Shown here in pieces: positions 38,895 to 50,289 of a stretch of DNA of 64,000 bases. A program made the position numbers and the translations under genes. The DNA lies in assembly GCF_018977255.1 (NCBI RefSeq), contig NW_024704742.1, forward strand, positions 134,666,001 to 134,730,000, given 5' to 3'. Below the pieces are notes generated by a model that searched no databases, was not told where the DNA came from, and saw only the letters and a program-made list of their open reading frames with translations. This stretch comes from Callorhinchus milii. Lineage: Eukaryota. Within the stretch, counting starts at the first letter, position 1. Each line of letters opens with the position of its first letter.

Positions 38895-40466
38895 CTTCTG
38901 TCCTGTTGAAAATAAACAAAAGAAGAAGGGAGCTTTGTAACTAAACAAAAACTGAGGTGAACTGACTGACTGTTGCACAGCTGCATGTAATTGATGCTGT
39001 TGTACTGTAGCCTGTAATTTAATAATCTTTACATTGGATTTGTCCATGTCTTGGAGACTGTGCTGTGCACGTGGATGGTATCTCATTACCCCCAATACGC
39101 CGCTTGCATAAAATAGAGCTCAGAAAAGACTCCAGACGTCTGCATTCCTCACGGTCATTACTTTTATGCTAATAATGCTAAGGTTTAAGATCAGTTAGAA
39201 CTCAATTTTAGTGTGGACGAAGGTTTTCCACAGTTCTTGAAATGACTTGGGACTGACAGCTACAAGGGTACAATGAGCAAATTTCCGGTAAATTGTCGTT
39301 GTGTAACTTGATTTGTTTAAGAGAAAATGTTATTGAAACAATCTTTGTGTTCAGACCAAACGTGCGCGTGTTGTGAAACCTGAAGTTTTTGTTTGTAACC
39401 TCGTAGACAGGACTAAAGGAATAATTTGGTTTCTGATGTTATAATCTGAGCTGTTTTCCAGGTTGATGTTCTGATGCCGAATGTTGGTGAGATTGTGGGA
39501 GGATCGATGCGTATCTGGGACAGTGATGAGCTGTTGGAGGGTTACAAACGTGAAGGCATTGATTGCACTCCATATTACTGGTACACTGACCAGGTAAGTT
39601 AGAAATTTGTCTGGGTTTCTCTTGAAAGAGGCAGTGTTATTTGCAGGATGTCCTCACCAGCACAAAACTTTGCATCCATCACGCCAATCCTCACCAGGCT
39701 CCAGCTGGCTCCCTGTTCCCGAACAGATTTCAAGCTTTCAATCCCTTCACACTCTACAACCAGAAGCAAAACCAACATAGCCTTGAGGGCCCAAACAGCT
39801 TTATCATCTGATGTAATTTCAGTGGACTTGCAATGTTTTTAAACTACTAGCAGTAAAATGCTGATATGTTTGAGAGGAAGCTCGACTTTCACATAAGGGA
39901 GAAGGGTAATAATAATAATATTCCTTGCATTTGATGAAGCGCCTTACGGCTTCGAGATATGTCTGGTCTCCAAGCAGTTTACAGAATATACTATAAAGTG
40001 AATTTACTGTATATTTTGTGGGCGAAATGCGGCAGCCAGTTACGCACAGCAATTGTATTGCTTGTAATTGTAGTAATTAATTGTAAATATAATAATAAAT
40101 AATTATACAGGAGGAAGTAAGCACCTTGGGACGTCCTCCCTGTGTGAATAATTTGTTGCTGTAAACAGTGAGTTCAGACTAGTGTTGAGTAAACCCTGGC
40201 AAGGGCCCTGATTTCATGCTGTACATTTTTTGTAAATTTTTGTTAACGTACGTAGTCACATGTGGCTCATCAGATTTAGTATACGGTTGGCCGGTTAGAT
40301 TTCTGTATGCAGTAACTTATTCTTTCCTCTCCAGCGTAAATATGGCACGTGTCCACATGGCGGATATGGATTGGGGCTGGAACGTTTCTTAACTTGGCTT
40401 GTCAACAGGCACCATATCAGAGATGTCGTCTTGTACCCACGTTTCGTTCAGCGTTGCAAACCGTAA
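24282..40466 (+). CDS. NARS1: Cytosolic asparaginyl-tRNA synthetase, copy B (ancestral orientation), 15 coding exons, 560 aa, intact ORF
   Basis: Exons 24282-24327 ([15 protein letters not shown]), 26971-27053, 27157-27222, 28611-28703, 29796-29885, 30689-30767, 30850-30920, 31350-31436, 31979-32200, 32618-32817, 36072-36207, 36372-36485, 38481-38612, 39462-39593, 40335-40466 (TAA). All introns are GT-AG and the exons total 1683 nt. Same motifs as copy A, and same strand as ATP8B1 and FECH. Confidence 0.96.
24340..24980. repeat. C-rich minisatellite of (TG/CA)TATCTCCCTCCCCCC-like units at the start of copy B intron 1
   Basis: Dozens of ~18-20-bp degenerate units; source of the spurious Pro/Ser- and Gly-rich ORFs. 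Confidence 0.9.
25870..26790 (+). mobile_element. Degenerate L2 LINE fragment (copy B intron 1)
   Basis: [64 protein letters not shown]. Confidence 0.85.
28073..28386 (+). mobile_element. Young tRNA-derived SINE (Deu-like core, L2-type tail), short form; specific to NARS1 copy B intron 3
   Basis: Head GTGGAGTCCTGTAGCTCAGTGGTTAGAGCACTCGC…GAGTTCAATTCC (Pol III A/B boxes), core TGTGGGACATTGCTGTGCGCAATTGGCTGCCGCGTT, (TTA)n tail. Absent at the homologous copy A site (~17750). Confidence 0.85.
33155..33485 (+). mobile_element. tRNA-derived SINE, long form (copy B intron 10; homologue in copy A at ~12075-12385)
   Basis: Head remnant, linker, core and tail; shared by both NARS1 copies, so it predates the duplication. 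Confidence 0.7.
35085..35600 (+). mobile_element. L2 LINE fragment (copy B intron 10)
   Basis: [18 protein letters not shown]…[18 protein letters not shown]…[16 protein letters not shown]. Confidence 0.85.
37512..38326 (+). mobile_element. 5'-truncated L2 LINE (ORF2 C-terminus + 3'UTR), specific to NARS1 copy B intron 12
   Basis: [14 protein letters not shown]…[21 protein letters not shown] / [12 protein letters not shown]…[21 protein letters not shown]…[16 protein letters not shown], with one frameshift and a (TTG)n tail. Absent in copy A at ~9120. Confidence 0.9.
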
Positions 40467-40704
40467 TGCCTCAACTAATTCTCAATGTTCTGCAAGATTG
40501 AAGGAAATCTGAGCACCACTTAGAAACAAACCACAGCTGATTAAACATTGCATGTCATTTAAAAAATGTTTGCTTACCTGTTTCCTTAACATGTAACCTA
40601 CAAGCAATTATTGTATACCAACTCCTAATCCACTGCTGTATTAAATGACCCCAAAGAGGATCGTCTGCAAAGAGTTTTCTTTTTCTTCAGTGTCTTTTTG
40701 GTTC

Positions 40705-40710
40705 ATTAAA
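40705..40710 (+). terminator. Candidate poly(A) signal ATTAAA of NARS1 copy B
   Basis: cATTAAAtgtatacaaaaag matches the copy A context cATTAAAtttatacaaaaag. Confidence 0.55.
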
Positions 40711-40739
40711 TGTATACAAAAAGAGAATGGTTAACTCTA

Positions 40740-41190
40740 CCGACTGCATACTTACCCAGACCAAACTCCTTACCCACATCTTACCAGTTCTGGCCAGGCT
40801 CCACTGGCTCCACCATCACCGAATGGATCGACTTCAAGATCCTCACACTTGTGTTCAAATCCCTTCATTCTCCCTACCTCTCTGACCTCCTCACTCTCCA
40901 ATCCACCACCTGGCATCTTTGCTCGATTGGCACTGGCCTCCTGCTCATCCCTTGCACCCTCTTCCCCCACCACCACCATTGGAGGCTGTATTTTCAGCCA
41001 CTACGCCCTGAATCTGTAGAACACTAATCCTCAATCCCTCCACCTTGTCCCCTTTTTCAAATCCCGCCTGAAAACCTTCCTTGGCCATGCTGATGGCCAC
41101 CCCCCCACCTCGGAGTCAGGCTCCATCACTGTTCAGCACTCTTGAGACACCACCCTGTGTGTAGGGTGCCACATAAGTGCATGTTGTTGT
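40740..41190 (+). mobile_element. L2 LINE 3' fragment downstream of NARS1 copy B
   Basis: [23 protein letters not shown]; (TTG) tail; gttaac on both sides (possible target-site duplication). Absent in copy A. Confidence 0.75.
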
Positions 41191-42071
41191 TAACCATTGA
41201 ATGCCCAAACTGGTTGCAGAGGTAAGCAGGTATTGCTTAGTTAAGCTCCAAGTCTCCCAACTAGTGGAACTGTTGCTCAATGGGAAGGGACATGTGTCTG
41301 AGTTGTAGACAGAAAGATGGTTGCAATGCTCTCACCCTTTTCATGCTGAGCTCTATTGCCACCAATACACTTGAAGGGAGTTGCTGGTACCTACCATTCA
41401 CTTAGTGAGAGTTCAAGCCTGTGCTTGTCACTGGGACATCTTTCTGACGTGAAGGGCGCTATACAAGTATAATTGTTGGATGTCAAATGACCAATTAGTG
41501 ACTCCTCCTTGGTGTAGAGAGGTAAGGGTCTTCCGGGAGCTGAAGTGGCTCCAAGGTGACCATGGAATGTCTGAATCGAGCCAGCCCTCTATGGTGGTCT
41601 AGTCCACTTTCTGAGGCAGATAACCACCAGTATTCCAGGGCACTGCTGCTGACAGCACAGCATTTGAAATAATAGTTTGAAATAATATTTTCATAAAAAT
41701 ATCTGACCCATGTTGCGTTTCTCTATCACAGTGTAACTGATTTTATTAATTTTTTTAAGTGTGTGATTTAACTGAGCTGATTGAGCCTTGAGGTAACACC
41801 TAGAATCTGACAGAAAGAATTGCTTAACTTATTTATATTTAAGAGTGAAGGTTTATTTGAATATGGACTGGGTGGAATAAATTTAAATATCGATAATTTA
41901 TACACTAGAAAAAGCAATATACTATATATTTGATATGCAAATTCAACTTCATCATCAAGTTCTCAAACCTGTATTTCCTTCTTAGTTGTGTTTTACTTAT
42001 GTTTTTTTATGCCTCTGTTTTGGTGACCCATGGATCCATTATATAATTGTGCTATCAACACTTGAGTAAGA

Positions 42072-42420
42072 TACGACTGTTTGTGGGACATTGCTGTGCG
42101 CAATTGGCTGCCGCGTTCGCCCACAAATATACAGTCAATTCACTTTACAGTGTGTTCTGTGAAGCGCTTTGGGACGTCCTCCCGACGTGAAAAGCGCTAT
42201 ATCAAATGCAAGGATTATTATTATTATTATTATTATTGGCAGGACGTGGAAGGGAGGACCAGTCATCAATTGACTAACAACCGGGTTCCTACTTACTGTT
42301 AGGTTAAACAAAGGCGTGTGGAGTAAGGAAACTTGCCTAAGGTTTCGCCCTGCCTGGGAGTTGAACCCAGGTCTCTCATTTGTGAGGTAAGTGCTCTAAT
42401 CAGAACACTACACTCCACTC
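42072..42420. mobile_element. Young SINE 3' half (+, 42072-42236) next to an older SINE head/linker (-, ~42262-42420)
   Basis: Core and (TTA)n tail match the young family, followed by a reverse-complement head. Confidence 0.7.
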
Positions 42421-43459
42421 CTAAGTGATAGCCAGAATGCACAGTAGCTCAAAATAAAAAAATTTATACTTCGCCTCAGAAGCTATTCAGAACACGGGCA
42501 GGAAGGGGCACAAGATTCTGTCAGATACAGAGAGCACGTGACCTGAAAAACAAAGAGAACTTAGAATCACTTTTTTTATTACGAGAGACAGAGCCAAGAG
42601 TTAGTCAAAGTGAAACTAAGTTAGGAATTGAAGCATTTATAGGAAAACGAAAATTTAGAAATAGGGCGTTGCTAACAGAACAAGGCAAGCCTTTCAGCCA
42701 CTGCGCCTCAAAACTCGAACTCCTATCCTCAATCCCTCTGCCGTCCTCCCTCCTTGCCACTCTTCAGATCTCACATGAAGAGTTTCCTTTTCAACCATAC
42801 CTACGGTCATCTCCCCTCTTTCCCAGGCTCAGTCAACCTCCGCCATTGTTAAGAGCTCTGAGGCGCTACGCTGTGTAACAGGGCTTGTGCTGTATAAATG
42901 CAAGTTGTTGAATCAACCAATAACACTAAAAAGAGCTGTGGGTCAAACCTGACACCTGGGTTGTACTCTGGTTTGGTAAGCCTAAGGGATAGGCTAGGGA
43001 GCTTGAGGAGGTCAGAGCCGTAGGATAGAAGACTTTGACAGGAGCCAATGAGTATGGCTTCCATCTTGTCAACATTTAGTTGTAGGAAGTTCCAGCCCTG
43101 ATGTCTGCCAGACAAGCAGAGAGAACATCGGTTGACCTGGAGCTGCAACTGGAGGAGATGTAGATTTGGGTGTCATCCATTTCACTTCTGCATGGCACTT
43201 TTCACATTTACACAGCGAAAATTCCTATGGTTACCAGGAAGAGTTATTTCACCCTCTTATAAACCAATAGTTGGCTGGTTCACTTCCACATTTTTAGCTC
43301 GCTGACTTCCACATTCCAGTTTTAAACTTACAGAAGGATTTTCTATTAGTCAGTTATGCAGTAGGCACTCGCCTTGCCCTACCCCTACCCCAACCAAACT
43401 CACTGACCACTGACTTTTGATATGTTCACTGACCAGTTTGTTTCACTCTTGTCTCAAAG

Positions 43460-43850
43460 TTCAACAGGTTGTGGGTTCAAGCCCCACGTCAGGCCTTAGA
43501 ACTCTGTCTCGACTGACACAATTTTGTGCTGAAGGAGTGTGTGTTTGTCAAAGTCTCCAACCTTTTATGAGACATTAAACTAATGCTTGATCTGTGCCTG
43601 TTCAGATGGTGTCCAAGATCCCTTACTAGTACTTGGAAAGAAGAGGGAGTTTTTCCTGGTATCCTGGCCAATAAAACCCCAAAATAAAATTGGTTACTCA
43701 CTCCATGGCTGTTGAGGGACATTTCAACACTGAACAACGAATAGACAAGTTAGTGCCACAAAATACACGTGAATCCAGTTCACAGTGTATACTTTGAAGT
43801 GCTTCGAAATGTCTTGATGATATGGCACAATATCAAATGCAAGGTTTGTT
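43460..43850 (+). mobile_element. Old DeuSINE (SacSINE1/AmnSINE1-like) remnant; similar remnants at ~63130-63480, ~22650-22850, ~12900-13000
   Basis: gttcagatgg…aagatccc…gaaagaagagggagtttttcctggtatcctggccaata, recognised from memory of the Deu-domain consensus. Confidence 0.5.
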
Positions 43851-44792
43851 CTTATTATCTTTAAAATCTCTCATTAAGACTTATCTCTTCCTCTGTGCCT
43901 ATTGTCACCCTCTTCCAACTCCCTCTCTCTTTCACTCTGTATCCAACCCCACCTCTGTACAGAGACCCAAGACTCGATTCTGCATGAACAGCACTAAGTA
44001 AATGTAAATGTATCTGTTGAAAAGCCTCTAGATCAACCCGAATGCCCAGTCCTTGGATTGTTCATAAATCGCCCGCCGTGTTTGCTTACAATTACTTTGA
44101 CTGACAGTAAAATCTGCTTTGAGATATCTCATGATTTAAGGATGATGATTATTATCATATTCTGGTTTGGTGAAGCTCTGTGTTGTTGGACCACAATCTT
44201 TTTGGGGTGCCATTAACCCAAGGTCCAGCCAGCCTGATTTGGAGAGGTTGGACAGGAGGGGTGAGAGAGCCAACAACTGTTGGAACAGAGAAAGGATTTT
44301 CTGCCCGGTGGCCTGGCTGGCATTTCTCCCCTGGATTAAAAATCGCTCGGTCGTCTAGTTTGTGGGGAGATTACATTCAAAAAAACATTTAAAAGTCTGC
44401 ACATGCCATGAGAAATCAGCCTCTCTCTCTCTCCTCCTGTCCACCATTCCAGCAGGTTGGGCAGATTAGGTTCACTATTGCCTCTTAGTGAAGAATTGGG
44501 AACGCTGGCAATGCTGGCAACCACAGACTTTTTGGGGTCAGTCGGGTGTCTAATACATTTGAAAAACCACCACCTTGCTTAAGGGTGTGCAAACCAGAAT
44601 GAGTTCCACATCATGTATGCCCACGGAAATTTCCCCATGTCTGGAATGGAATGCCCACATTCTCACCAGAGTGTCCATTGGGGGTAACTGCTCGAGTTTA
44701 ACCGGCTAAATCCGTGTAGCTTGCCATTGAGTGCACTGTCTGGCAAGCTTTCCACTGCTTGTCCACGAGGACTACCCAACCCTATTCCAGGT

Positions 44793-45155
44793 GTGGAGTC
44801 CTCAGTGGTTGGAGCACTCGCCTTGCAAGCGAGACACCTGGGTTCAATTCCAGGCAGGGCGAAACCTTGGGCAAGTTTCCTTACTCCACACCCCCAATAA
44901 TAATCCCTCAAAAAAAAAAAAAATTGGTCATTTTCAATCCATGACTGTTTGTGGGACACTGCTGCGTGCAATTGGCTGCCGAGTTTTATCCCCAAATGTA
45001 CGATCAATTCACTTTACAGCATATTCTGTGAAGCACTTTGAAACGTCTAGAAGATGTGAAAATCTCTATATCAAACGCAAGGATTATTATTATTACCAGT
45101 TGGGACGTCCTCCCGGCATGAAAGGCGCTATACAAATATAAATCTTGTTGTTGTT
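44793..45155 (+). mobile_element. tRNA-derived SINE followed by a short L2 3' tail
   Basis: SINE at 44793-45095, then tgggacgtcctcccggcatgaaaggcgctatac…(TTG)n. Confidence 0.78.
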
Positions 45156-47309
45156 AGGGCTAAGGCTTGCAGAGTTAACAAGAGCTGAATGGGAAGAATT
45201 CCTGCTCCCAGTGACTGGACTGCTCTTCCAAGTCCTACTAATAAGTCAGGCTGACTGGCCTGTCATCAGCAATGCCCTGGAGTAATGCAGACCTGCCTCA
45301 ATGAAGTCTGGCCTCAGCTGGTAACCATTTCCAGTCATTAAATACTGCGCAAAGAAAAACTTCCTGGCATCTGTCCTGAAATTCTCCATCTGAACTCCCC
45401 TGTGTTTTAGTGCAGCCTAAAATATTGTTCTAGGTTTACTTTTTTAATCCCTTTTAAAATAGTTATACATTTTATAACACCCCCTCTGAGATAATCTCAC
45501 ACTTAAGACTGAAGAGCTTTAACTTGTCTCATTGTTTTTCAGTGTTGGAACAAGTAGAGATCTGCTAACTTGCCCAACCCATATATTGGAGACAAAGAGC
45601 TTTGTACCAGAGCATTAAGTGGAAAGTTTCACACCACAACCAAGTAAGGTGTGAGTGGGGTGGACGGTGGGGGAGGATGAGGTGTGTGTGTGATGCATAC
45701 GTATCATTTCTAAAAGACTGCAAGAGTTGTGTTTCGAAGCATTATGTTAAATAAATTTTCCCAGTGGTTTAATAGCGAATTACCATCTTGGTGTAAGACA
45801 GGACTAAGCCAGAAGGCCCCAGGCGCAGGGTGGAGGGTAGCGCTGGAGTGGGGGTAATGGAATTATCCTCGCACCACGGTAGAGTTTGAGAATAAATGTG
45901 GTTCTTGTTCTCATCGCTATCTGGAAACCCAGCTAGATGATGAGTGTTTGGGCCTCGATCACTCCTGGGCTGGGCCATAGCTCTGCAACTCCAGGACTGA
46001 GTTACTGTTTAATCCCTTTCACTTCTGACCCAATTATAAATCTCACTTCACAGAGTCCCTTAGCATGGTGATTAGCTCGCTCGCTTCACAGACGAATGGA
46101 CCTGTTTGATTCCCGGTCGGGGAGGAACCTTAAGCAAGTTTCCTTACTCCACACGACTCTGTTTACCTAGCAGTAAGTAGGAACCCATTTGTTGGTCGAT
46201 TGGCGGATCGCTTTCTGGGGGTAATAAACCCTTCAAAAAAATTTGGTTGCTCAATCCACAACTGTTTGTGGAACCCTGCTGTGCACTTAAGAGAGAAAGG
46301 GATAAACTAGACTAGCAAATTAATAAAATAAACTTCAACACACAGGCCAATGAATGGGAATTTCAGAGCATCTGAAGATAATGCAGGAGAAGAAAAGCAC
46401 TCAAACCACACACACAGTTACCCAACTTGCCAGTCTCTTGAAATGTCGCTCTCTGGTGGAGGGTCTCGAGGATTGCAATAAATGGATTGAAAGTAATAAG
46501 AAAAATTTAATTTCCATGGCCGGTGCCTTGTATTGGAATATTAACTCCCCAAAATCACCGTCTCTTCTCTCCTCCCCCTTAACAGTATCACACAGTCAAT
46601 TCACTTTACCGTATATTGTGTGAAGCGCTTTGAGATGTGTTAACGATGTGATAAGTCGCTATATCAAATGCAAGGATTACTACAACACAATACAAAATTA
46701 TATTTGCAAACCGCTTTTCACTTCGGGAGGACGTCCCAAGTTGCTGAACAGTCAGGGATTAGGAGCTGAGCTGGGGTAGGGTTGGGGAGGTTGGGATTAG
46801 GGAGGGTAGAGAGCGGAGAGTGTAGGAAGATGGCCGAAGCCAAGGTAGAAGAGGAGGGTCTTGAGGCGTGCCTTGAAGAAAGCAAGGGAGGTGAGCGAGG
46901 CGAAGGGAATGTGGGATAGACTTTCAGAGGGTGGGGGCAGAGCGGCTGAAGAACTGACCACCGATAGTTAAATATTATCACTATTAACACACAGTAACAC
47001 ACACAGAATGATCGGAGCTACAGTGGTGACTAATAAGGCAGTTTATTTGTTATCTCTGCTCATGGGGATTCAAACAATTTTAAAGATATTTTTCAAAAAT
47101 GTTGTTAAAGGCTTTATTTAATTACACTTAATCGGAAATTCCTCAGAAGACTGAGTGTCCCCCTCCCCCAATTGGTCCAGTTGCCGGGGTTTTAAGCGCA
47201 TGTAAAAGTGCTCAATGCTAATGCAATGCTATCCTGTTTTTTAATTGATGAGCGAGGTTAGGTCTGCTCACCCTATTATCCAAATTAGACCAAAATGCAT
47301 TCCACTACA

Positions 47310-48850
47310 ACAACAACCTCAACAACAACTTGCACTTACATAACGCCCTCCACGCCGGGCGGCGTCTTAGAGCGCTTAACAATGGTGGAGCCCGAGGTCG
47401 AGCCGGGGGAGGGGGAAGGTGACTGTGCTGCGGTCGAAAAGGAAGGTCTTTAGGCGCGATCTGAAGACAGGGAAGGAGGGGGTGAGGCGAAGGGGTTGAG
47501 GGAGGGAGTTCCAAAGTTTCGGGGCGTAGTGGCTGAAGGCACGGCCGCCGATGATGGAGCTGAGGATTCGGAGGAGGCCGGACCGAGTAGAGCGGAGGCA
47601 GTGGGTACTGCTGTGAGGAGAGAGGAGGTTAGAGAGATAGGTGGGGCCAAGGAATGGATGGATTTAAACACTAGAGTGAGGATCTTGAACTTGACCAGGA
47701 GCCGGTGGAGTTTGGGAAGGAGACAGGCAATGTGGCGGAGGTGGAAGAAAGCGGTGCTGGTCAAGGACCGGATGTGGGGGAGGAAGGATAACTGGGGATC
47801 GAACCTAATGCCTAAGTTACGCACAGGTTCAGAGAGTTTTAAGGTCAGGTCGGGTAGGTTGAGGAGGTCGGAACCATGGGACAGACATCGGCGGGAGCCA
47901 AAGAGTATGGCTTCTGTCTTGTCGACATTTAACTGCAGGAAATTTGCACTCATCCAGCTCCTGATGTCCGACAGATAAACTGACACAACATCAGGGAACT
48001 GGGGGTCGCAGCTGGAGGGGAAGAGTAGAGTTGAGTGCCATCCACATACGTGTGGAAGTTAACCCCATGTCTGCGGAAGACATCACCGAGAAGGAGCACA
48101 TAGATGAGGAAGAGAAGGGGGCCAAGGATGGATCCTTGGGTTACCCTGCAGGTGATCGGGTGGAAGTGCGAAGAAAAGCCATTTTCAGAAATGTAGTGCT
48201 GGCGGTTTGTGAGGTAGGACTCGAGCCAAGTGAGTGCGGTCCCACTGAGGTGGATGATGGCGGACAGGGGGTGGAGGAGGATGGCATGATCGACTGTATC
48301 GAATGCAGTGGGGAAGTCCAGGAGGACAAGGAGGCAGAGAGAGCCCTGGTCACAGATAGAGAGGTTATCGTTGTGGCCTTCACGAGCGCTGTCTTTGTAC
48401 TGTGAGCAGTGCGGAAACCGGACTGAAGGGGTTAGAGTAGGGTGTGGAGGGAGAGGTGTGCGCGAGGAGGTGATGGGCAGTGGAGCATAGGATTTTGAAG
48501 TTATTGTTAGCCTCCAGTATGATGTTTCAATAGTGCGCAATTTTGCTTGCGACAGATAGCGGCTATAGGTATGAAGATGCTCGCGCCACAGCTGGTGGTG
48601 GACCGTGAGGCTGGTTTTCTGCTACCTGCGCTCGAGCAACCAGGTTTGGGGTTTTAGGGAGCAGGGATGGCTGTTGTACCAGGGAGAGCGGGTGGCTTTG
48701 GAGACGGTCCTGGATTTCAGGGGAACGAGGGAGTTGAAGGTGGAGGAGAGGTGATCATGAAGCAGCTTGACGGCTGCTTCAGGGTCGTTGCGGGTAGAAG
48801 GCCAGAGGAATAGAAGGTCTGAGCACGAGAGGGTTTTGTGAGAGTGTCAA
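47310..48850 (-). mobile_element. Degenerate L2 LINE (reverse-transcriptase remnant)
   Basis: ORF track: LLVLLDFPTAFDTVDH…QGSILGPLLFLIYVLLLGDVFRRHGVNFHTYVDGTQLY; WMSANFLQLNVDKTEAILFG. Confidence 0.9.
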
Positions 48851-49273
48851 GGGAAAAGGGTTGTCCCCGCACACAAGCCCCAATCCCCCCCTAATCTCTT
48901 CTAAGCCCCAAAATGTCAAAGGACAATGTGGACCTGAATCGTGGCTTCACGAGCACCCATGCAAGTAAGGTGACGGGATGTCCTCTCTGGCTGGACAAGC
49001 CTGGCCTGAGCCTAGTGAGTATGTAAACTCTGTATTTCAGTATCTCCTCTTCCTTTGTGTGAGGGCTGATCAAATTCCTCAGGTCAGAACTACTGCAACA
49101 CCGATCCTAACCAACAGAGGCCTGAAGGCATAGCTGTTGCCTGGATCCCAACTATAACAGCCCCTAAAATTATGGGTGAGTTTCGGTTGTGTTCAATTTA
49201 CCACAAGGCAATCTCAACAGGAGCACTTTTCCGGCAGGTGCTAACCCAAGAAGTAACTGCTAAGAACAGTTGC

Positions 49274-49710
49274 GAAGTCCTGTAGAGCAGTGGTTAGCCC
49301 ACTCGCCTCACAAGTGAGAGAATCATAGAATTATACAGCGCAAAAGGAGGCCATTCGGCCCATCGTAGCTGTGCTGGCCTTTTAAAAGAGCTATCCAGAA
49401 TAATCCCAATCCCCCACTCTCCCCATAGCCCTGCAAACTTATCTGAGAGGACCCAGCTTTGATTCCCGGGCAGGGCGAAACCTTAGTCAGCCAATTGTGC
49501 ACAGCATTGTCCCGCAAACAGTCGTGGATTGAAACCAAATTGTTGTTATTTTTTTGAAGGAATTTATCACCCCTGGAAAAGCAATCAGCCAATCAACTAA
49601 CAAACGGGTTCCTACTTACAATTCACTTTACAGTATATTCTGAGAAGCGTTTTGAGATGTCTCAACGACGTGATGAGGCACTATATTAAATGCAAGGATT
49701 ATTATTATTA
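49274..49710 (+). mobile_element. Rearranged SINE: CR1-like tail inserted in the head and internal ~133-bp inversion
   Basis: Head (+) 49274-49320, insert 49321-49444 flanked by gagag, head resumes to 49486, linker/core inverted 49487-49619, tail (+) 49620-49710. Confidence 0.65.
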
Positions 49711-50289
49711 AAGGGGTTATATCAAATGTAAGAATTATGATTATTTATTAGTTGCTCTCGTTATCCCTGTATTGATGATGGATCATACCCCCTTTCAACA
49801 ACTTGCACTTAAAATAACGCCTTTCACTTAGCACGAACGTCTCGAAGCACTTTCATTTAACTCCCTGCTGATTCCCAGGGCATTTGTTTTTAATTTCAGC
49901 AATCGTTTTCGTTTATACCTTTTCTTTTCAAAATAAAGGAAGCACGTCTGTCAACACCAGACTCCTGGTGCAAAACAGAAAAATAAATAAACCTTGTGAC
50001 CAAAGTTGGCAGAAATTAAAATTTGCTTGTAGCTCAAAATCGACCAAATGCTAGCCCCAAAATAGCCCAAAATGATGCATTGTCTATTAATAGAATATTC
50101 TTCCTCAATTCCTCCGGCTTGCTCCCTCCCTCCCCATCTTCAGCGCACCCCCGAAGACCTTCCTCTTCGACCGTGCCTAATGTCACCTCCCCTGGTTCTG
50201 AGTTGTGCTCTGCCACTAACGCTATCCTACAGTAGGGGCAAAAGAATTGTTTTGTATGTTCACATCAAATGGCAAGTGTGAAGAGGTCC

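Larger units (their letters stand above)
23940..41230 (+). repeat. Right arm of the NARS1 inverted segmental duplication
   Basis: Homology with the left arm runs from the AARE to just past an L2 insertion (…gttaaccattgaatgcccaaac vs copy A gttaacatctgaatgccaaaag). Ends are approximate. Confidence 0.9.

Noticed and set aside
7340..41230. Duplication as a simple haplotype or assembly artefact
   Set aside because: Multiple private TE insertions, large intron-size differences and strongly diverged 5' regions exceed what allelic variation would normally give. Read-level confirmation is still advisable.
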